Assembly (NCBI GenBank): GCA_020631635.1
Contig: JAHDGW010000001.1
Coordinates: 1-51,707, forward strand
Direction: 5' to 3'
Origin: Saprospiraceae bacterium
GTDB taxonomy: Bacteria > Bacteroidota > Bacteroidia > Chitinophagales > Saprospiraceae
Length of the DNA: 51,707 nucleotides
Below are positions 47,100 to 51,707 of the stretch, piece after piece. The notes under the pieces were generated by a model. The model had not been told where the DNA came from, did not search any database, and saw only the letters and a program-made list of their open reading frames with translations. The translations under genes and the position numbers were made by a program. The number at the start of each line of letters is the position of its first letter. Within the stretch, counting starts at the first letter, position 1.

Positions 47100-47690
47100 A
47101 TGTTTAATTTTCCACTCCAATTTCAATTTAAGATTTCGACCTTATCCAATGACTTCAGGGCAACGGATGCCAATGGTCAGTTGATCGCTTATGTACGTCA
47201 AAAGATGTTTAAATTCAAAGAAGACATACAGATCTATAGCGATGAAGAACGTGTCAATTTAATATATCGGATAAAGGCAAATAAGTGGATAGACTTCAAT
47301 ACCATGTATTCTTTTTACAATGAGTTGGACGAGGAGCAAGGAAGTATCGGGCGCAAGGGCTGGGCATCACTATGGAAAGCAACGTACGAAATTTTTGATC
47401 CGCAGCGTAAACAGGATTTTTTGATCAAAGAGGAAAATGCATGGGCCAAAGTACTAGATGGATTATTGGGTGAAATACCAATACTTAGTTTCCTTACCGG
47501 TTATCTGTTTAATCCAAAGTATATTGTGACCCGTCCCGATGGACAAGAGGTCGTTCGTATAGCTAAGGAACCGAGTTTTTTTGGTAGAAATTTTACCATA
47601 ACCAAGCTCGGTGATATTTCTGAGGAAGAGGAAGTCGAGCTATTGCTAGGTCTTATGATGATGATCTTGCTGGAGCGTAGGAGAGGCTAG
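47100..47690 (+). CDS. Hypothetical protein, possibly tubby-C/LOR/scramblase-like fold with a C-terminal hydrophobic helix
   Basis: 196-aa ORF. Repeated beta-hairpin-like pattern (F.I.D..G..I..V.QK.F.FKEDI.IY.D) and terminal LLLGLMMMILLERRRG. The family call is a guess from pattern only. Confidence 0.45.
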   Translation: MFNFPLQFQFKISTLSNDFRATDANGQLIAYVRQKMFKFKEDIQIYSDEERVNLIYRIKANKWIDFNTMYSFYNELDEEQGSIGRKGWASLWKATYEIFDPQRKQDFLIKEENAWAKVLDGLLGEIPILSFLTGYLFNPKYIVTRPDGQEVVRIAKEPSFFGRNFTITKLGDISEEEEVELLLGLMMMILLERRRG

Positions 47691-47879
47691 TATTTAATAT
47701 TGCTTACCTTATCAAGGAGGCTGCAGTGGAGACATCTTCTTTTAATATCTTCTTTTCTATCAAATGAGATATCAGCCATGCCTGATATAAAAAGTATAGT
47801 AAGGGATCAAGTTGCCAATACTACTGAGCATGTCACCTGCTAAACTCTTATTTTTAGATTAAATATACATTTTACTCAT

Positions 47880-48233
47880 ATGCCATCATCCATCCGACCA
47901 TTTATAGGAGCATTAGATTTTGAGTTATCTAAGAAATTTTATCTAGATATGGGTTTCATGTTGATATATGATGACCCTAAGATGTGTTTTTTCCAACGAA
48001 ATGATCTCGGGTTTTATTTGCAGTCTGCATATGTGAAAGACTGGGTAGACAATACCATGATATTTTTGGAGGTAGAAGATCCTGACGAAGAATTGGAACG
48101 ACTAAAGTCTTTAGAACTAGTGGATAAGTATAAAGGCGTACGACTATCAGAGATGGTACATCATGATTGGGGTAAAGAATTTTTTCTGCATGACCCTAGC
48201 GGAATACTTTGGCATATAGGCAGTTTTAAGTAA
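47880..48233 (+). CDS. VOC (glyoxalase/bleomycin-resistance) family protein
   Basis: 117 aa. The layout IRPFIGALDFELSKKFYLDMGF...FYLQ...FLEVEDPDEE...G...........WG.EFFLHDPSG.LW is the typical small VOC domain layout. Confidence 0.62.
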   Translation: MPSSIRPFIGALDFELSKKFYLDMGFMLIYDDPKMCFFQRNDLGFYLQSAYVKDWVDNTMIFLEVEDPDEELERLKSLELVDKYKGVRLSEMVHHDWGKEFFLHDPSGILWHIGSFK

Positions 48234-48344
48234 AGCTTAGGAGACAAAGTCTTCAAGCGTAAGACATCTTATCTTACAATTATAATTATAGCAGATGATG
48301 ATAAGTGAAGTATGACCAAAGAAAGTATTCCGCCTTATATATTA

Positions 48345-48512
48345 CTATGCACTAGGCTTTACTCTTTTTGATGGAGTATTTTTCTTGAAGTATTCAGATA
48401 TTTCGGTGCTATTTAAAGATGAGATTTCTGATAAAATTCGCTCTCGCTGTTGACGCATAAATTTTACGGCATCAAATTCCTTTATTTTGGTATGCTCTTT
48501 ATTATTCTTCAT
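48345..48512 (-). CDS. Small (55 aa) protein translationally coupled to the PIN gene; putative antitoxin-like partner
   Basis: MKNNKEHTKIKEFDAVKFMRQQRERILSEI... The ATG at 48512-48510 overlaps the last codons of the PIN gene by 11 nt. The track ORF starts 11 codons earlier, at 48545. Confidence 0.5.
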   Translation of the reverse strand: MKNNKEHTKIKEFDAVKFMRQQRERILSEISSLNSTEISEYFKKNTPSKRVKPSA

Positions 48513-48981
48513 ATTGTAATAATTCCCTTGGTGATCGAATATCAATTTGTTTATATGATTGCGCTAAATTCACTGAATTGTAGCCAATTATTCTTACAAC
48601 GTTTACGATGTGTTTGAAATTCCAACTTACAAGAATATTAGCGTTATGAATAGTGGCTAAGGCTATATGTAAACAATCAATAAATGAAGTTTTACCTACT
48701 ACTTCTTCTTTTATATATTGGTTAGCTAGTTTGGTTGCCTCATCATTAGATTCAACAAATATCGTATCTGATTCAGGCAGCGAGCTGACTAGTTCTTTAA
48801 CGAAATCAGGTGCACCAGATAATTCATTTTCGGTTATGTTAGAGAAAATTACTTCAAACTCATTTGCCTTGATTCTTTCAAATAGCGGTCTGGTGAATTC
48901 TTTAAACTCGTTATCAAAATATCCACCGAAAACAGAAGTATCTAAGTAAATTCTAAGTCTTTTCATTTTTTCACTAGTCAT
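48502..48981 (-). CDS. PIN domain protein (VapC-like putative ribonuclease toxin)
   Basis: IYLDTSVFGGYF (first acidic residue), ITENEL, FIDCLHIALATIHNANILVSWNFKHI (third acidic position; the fourth reads N). 154-159 aa depending on the start (48966 or 48981). Confidence 0.72.
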   Translation of the reverse strand: MTSEKMKRLRIYLDTSVFGGYFDNEFKEFTRPLFERIKANEFEVIFSNITENELSGAPDFVKELVSSLPESDTIFVESNDEATKLANQYIKEEVVGKTSFIDCLHIALATIHNANILVSWNFKHIVNVVRIIGYNSVNLAQSYKQIDIRSPRELLQYEE

Positions 48982-49006
48982 TAAGAGCTACAATTTAGTT
49001 TGCCGG

Positions 49007-49032
49007 TAAACCCTAAACCCTAAACCCTAAAC
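49007..49032. repeat. Heptamer microsatellite (TAAACCC)x3.7, which is (TTTAGGG)n on the - strand
   Basis: Read directly: TAAACCC TAAACCC TAAACCC TAAAC, between the M1 peptidase stop and the PIN gene start. Confidence 0.95.
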
Positions 49033-49045
49033 GGCGCAAAGCGCC
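49033..49045 (-). terminator. Short GC hairpin GGCGC-AAA-GCGCC abutting the peptidase stop codon, followed on the - strand by GUUUAGGG repeats
   Basis: Perfect 5-bp GC stem with a 3-nt loop immediately 3' of the TAG (49045-49047). The downstream sequence is U-rich only in the form of the heptamer repeat, so terminator function is uncertain. Confidence 0.45.
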
Positions 49046-51375
49046 TAAGGCTTAATGACTTTCGTTTTCTGTTTAGCACGTATATCACGTTGCATAGGAT
49101 TTTCTTTCACCTTACGTTCTTTGAATAGATCAAAACGGCTAGGCTCCTTACGTGGTGGATAGTAATTATTACTTCTATCTACATCAGCAGTCTCTAGATA
49201 AGGATCTAGAACGATCTCTTTTACTGGTTTAGAAGATTGGAAAACTTTAGTTACTGACTCTGAGCCCATTCTCCAGATCTCGGCTGGTACTCGTACGGTC
49301 TCTGTGGTACCATCTTCGTATACAAAGTTGAAAATCACTGGCATCACGAGTCCGCCTACATTTGTGAACGTCAACTCATAGATTTCTTTTCCAGACTCAA
49401 CAAAGGATTTTTCTTCATCCGTCAATCCATCTAAGTATGCTTGATATTCTTCTTCGTCTAGTACATTGGTTTTCAGAGGATCATATCCTGTGTAGAAATC
49501 TACTATTGTAGGATCTTCATCAGCTAGAGTAGATTTTATAGCTTCGCGATTTCTGATTTTGCTGATGTTTTCTGGACCTTCATCACGTGACATCATATCT
49601 TGCTTACTAGCTGCGATAGGATTCAGTCTTTTAGGTACGAAAGGCTTTACATTCTCCAGAGCAATATCCACATGATCATTGGTATAAAACCATCCTCTCC
49701 AAAACCAATCTAAATCAACTCCGCTGGCATCTTCCATCGTACGGAAAAAGTCAGCAGGCATCGGATGTTTAAATTTCCAACGGTTGGCATATTCTTTAAA
49801 AGCATGATCAAATAACTCTCTACCCATCACCGTCTCTCTCAAAATATTGAGTGCCGTCGCCGGCTTACCATAGGCGTTATTACCAAATTGAAAAATCGAT
49901 TCTGAGTTGGTCATGATCGGTGATATTCTACTCTTGTCACCGCCCATATAGTTGGTGATCTTATGAGCAGGCCCTCTACGTGATGGATAGTCTCGCTCCC
50001 AGTGTTGCTCTGTGATGTATTGCATATAGGTATTGAGGCCTTCATCCATCCAGGTCCACTGGCGCTCGTCAGAGTTGACAATCATCGGAAACCAGTTGTG
50101 TCCTACCTCGTGGATGATCACTCCTATGTGACCATATTTCATACGTTGTGAGTAGGTGTTATCATCTTCACAGCGTCCATAGTTAAAGCAGATCATCGGA
50201 TACTCCATACCCATGTTACCATCGATAGACCAAGCTACTGGATATGGATAATCAAAGGTATAGTGAGAGTACCACTTGATGGTATGAGCGACGGCCTTAG
50301 TAGAGTACTTACTCCAGAGGCAATCTCCTTCTTTGGTCCACATAGATTGCGCCATGACAGTACGTCCATCATCCATTTTGACACCCATGGCATCCCAGAT
50401 GAATCTTCGAGAAGTCGCAAAGGCAAAGTCTCGTACATTCTCAGCACGGAATTTCCAGGTCTTAGTTTTACTAGCTTTATCTTTCATACGCTCCTCTGCT
50501 TCGTCATGTGTAGCAATAGTTACGGGTTGTACATAAGATTTTTTAGCTTCAGCTAATCTCTTTTTATGTGTTTTGCTGAGTACTTTATCTTCATTGAGTA
50601 AATTACCTGATGCTGCTACGAGATGATCGGCAGGTACGGTGATATTGACATCGTAGTCGCCAAAAATGAGGGTAAACTCTCCTCTACCGAGAAACTGTTT
50701 GTTTTGCCAGCCTTCCACATCATTGTATGAGCACATACGTGGGAAGTATTGTGCGATGACGTATACGTTATTACCGTCTTCTGCAAAGGGCTCGTATCCT
50801 GATCGACCTCTATTCTTCTTGGTGTTATTGATATTATACCACCATTTTACCTTGAAGGTATACTGAGCACCGGAGACTAATGTCTGCGGCAGGTCGATAC
50901 GTAGCATCGTTTTATTGATGGTATGGGGTAGTGCCTTACCGCTAGCATCTTTGACATAATCGATATTAAACCCACCGTCAAACTTATCATTCATCTTAGC
51001 CATCTGTGATAGCGATGTACGTTTGTCGAGTTCGCTAGTACGTATTAGGTGACTATCAGAGTCTTTGGCACGTACATTTTGGTCGAGCTGCATCCATAGA
51101 TAGCTGAGTGCATCAGGAGAGTTATTATAGTAGGTAATGGTCTCCTCGCCATAGAGTTTTTGATTGTCATCATCGATGGTGATATCCATCTTGTAGTCGG
51201 CCTCTTGCTGGTAGTACTCATGACCAGGCGCTCCTGCGGCGGTGCGGTATGAGTTGGGCGTAGGTAAGTCTTGACCCAGCTGTCTAAACTTATTTTGATT
51301 GGTATTTTCTTGTGCAAATGCAGTGACGCTTATCGCGAAAAGAAAGATTAGGGATAATATATGTTTCATCAACAA
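49045..51375 (-). CDS. M1 family zinc metallopeptidase (aminopeptidase-N-like), secreted
   Basis: Signal peptide MKHILSLIFLFAISVTAFAQ and HEVGHNWFPMIVNSDERQWTWMDEGLN (HExxH-18-E gluzincin signature). The upstream GMEYP replaces the canonical GxMEN. Confidence 0.92.
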   Translation of the reverse strand: MLMKHILSLIFLFAISVTAFAQENTNQNKFRQLGQDLPTPNSYRTAAGAPGHEYYQQEADYKMDITIDDDNQKLYGEETITYYNNSPDALSYLWMQLDQNVRAKDSDSHLIRTSELDKRTSLSQMAKMNDKFDGGFNIDYVKDASGKALPHTINKTMLRIDLPQTLVSGAQYTFKVKWWYNINNTKKNRGRSGYEPFAEDGNNVYVIAQYFPRMCSYNDVEGWQNKQFLGRGEFTLIFGDYDVNITVPADHLVAASGNLLNEDKVLSKTHKKRLAEAKKSYVQPVTIATHDEAEERMKDKASKTKTWKFRAENVRDFAFATSRRFIWDAMGVKMDDGRTVMAQSMWTKEGDCLWSKYSTKAVAHTIKWYSHYTFDYPYPVAWSIDGNMGMEYPMICFNYGRCEDDNTYSQRMKYGHIGVIIHEVGHNWFPMIVNSDERQWTWMDEGLNTYMQYITEQHWERDYPSRRGPAHKITNYMGGDKSRISPIMTNSESIFQFGNNAYGKPATALNILRETVMGRELFDHAFKEYANRWKFKHPMPADFFRTMEDASGVDLDWFWRGWFYTNDHVDIALENVKPFVPKRLNPIAASKQDMMSRDEGPENISKIRNREAIKSTLADEDPTIVDFYTGYDPLKTNVLDEEEYQAYLDGLTDEEKSFVESGKEIYELTFTNVGGLVMPVIFNFVYEDGTTETVRVPAEIWRMGSESVTKVFQSSKPVKEIVLDPYLETADVDRSNNYYPPRKEPSRFDLFKERKVKENPMQRDIRAKQKTKVIKP

Positions 51376-51578
51376 ATTTATTTAGATTGGTGAAGATACG
51401 TGCTAGCATTGAAATACCATGACGGAAAGTAGGGATGATTGGGAATTATTGGGATGTGTATAGATTCTGTGGAAATAATTAACATGGAATAATGTTCCAC
51501 ATAAATATCCATTTTGGGATGTTATATGGAATAAAGTTCTTGTTATAATATTGTTAGCGATAATTAAAAGATAAGAAA

Positions 51579-51707
51579 ATGATAAAGATTAATAATATAA
51601 ATGTTGTAAACTATAGGTCTTGTTTAAATACCAAGCTAAAACTTAGTACAAACTTGACAGCTCTGATAGGAGCCAATGGAGCGGGAACAAGTAATATATT
51701 AAATAGT
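51579..51707 (+). CDS. 5' end of an SMC/RecF/OLD-like AAA ATPase gene (truncated by the window edge)
   Basis: My own translation: MIKINNINVVNYRSCLNTKLKLSTNLTALIGANGAGTSNILNS. This fits the N-terminal beta-strand plus Walker A layout of AAA_15/21/23-type ATPases, but the Walker A reads GANGAGTS (Thr where Lys is expected). Confidence 0.55.
   Translation, partial: MIKINNINVVNYRSCLNTKLKLSTNLTALIGANGAGTSNILNS

Noticed and set aside
47691-47879. 25-codon - strand ORF (MADISFDRKEDIKRRCLHCSLLDKV) in the 47691-47879 spacer.
   Set aside because: It is very short, has no supporting motif, promoter or conservation evidence, and is indistinguishable from chance.
49007-49032. The telomere-type repeat as evidence of eukaryotic contamination or a linear replicon end.
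   Set aside because: Only 3.7 units are present, embedded in a 63-nt spacer between two intact bacterial genes on the same strand. The sequence is continuous on both sides.
50235-51317. Small ORFs on both strands within the M1 peptidase gene.
   Set aside because: They are out of frame or antisense relative to a 776-aa ORF with an HExxH-18-E signature.

Overview
AT-rich chromosomal segment whose gene content indicates a Bacteroidota genome (Flavobacteriia/Cytophagia/Saprospiria type). Supporting signs are T9SS cargo with type A and type B C-terminal domains, a PorP/SprF gene, and TAnnTTTG -7 promoter boxes. Most of the window is ordinary housekeeping: rsmA, pdxA, dtd, ctaA, cutC, nadK, a class IV aminotransferase, two SulP transporters, and M1 and M13 peptidases. 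Two giant surface-protein genes of 5.1 kb and 6.2 kb sit among these. I found no rRNA, tRNA, CRISPR array, transposase or integrase, and no clear multi-gene novel system such as a defence island. The signals most worth a second look are: (1) a dense DnaA-box cluster with an AT-rich tract at a gene-strand switch (41993-42449), a candidate oriC; (2) nadK, normally essential, split by a frameshift in an A6 run; (3) a roughly 340-bp diverged foldback with G-tract motifs in the 6109-6552 intergenic gap; (4) a 2087-aa metzincin with 13 Cys-framed Ig-like modules and a type B T9SS domain, followed by PorP/SprF and a 1-nt-overlapping cutC; (5) a toxin-first PIN plus small-ORF pair preceded by a (TTTAGGG)-type heptamer repeat; (6) a truncated ATPase gene at the right edge whose Walker A lysine is replaced. 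All functional calls come from motif recognition by eye; no database search was run.
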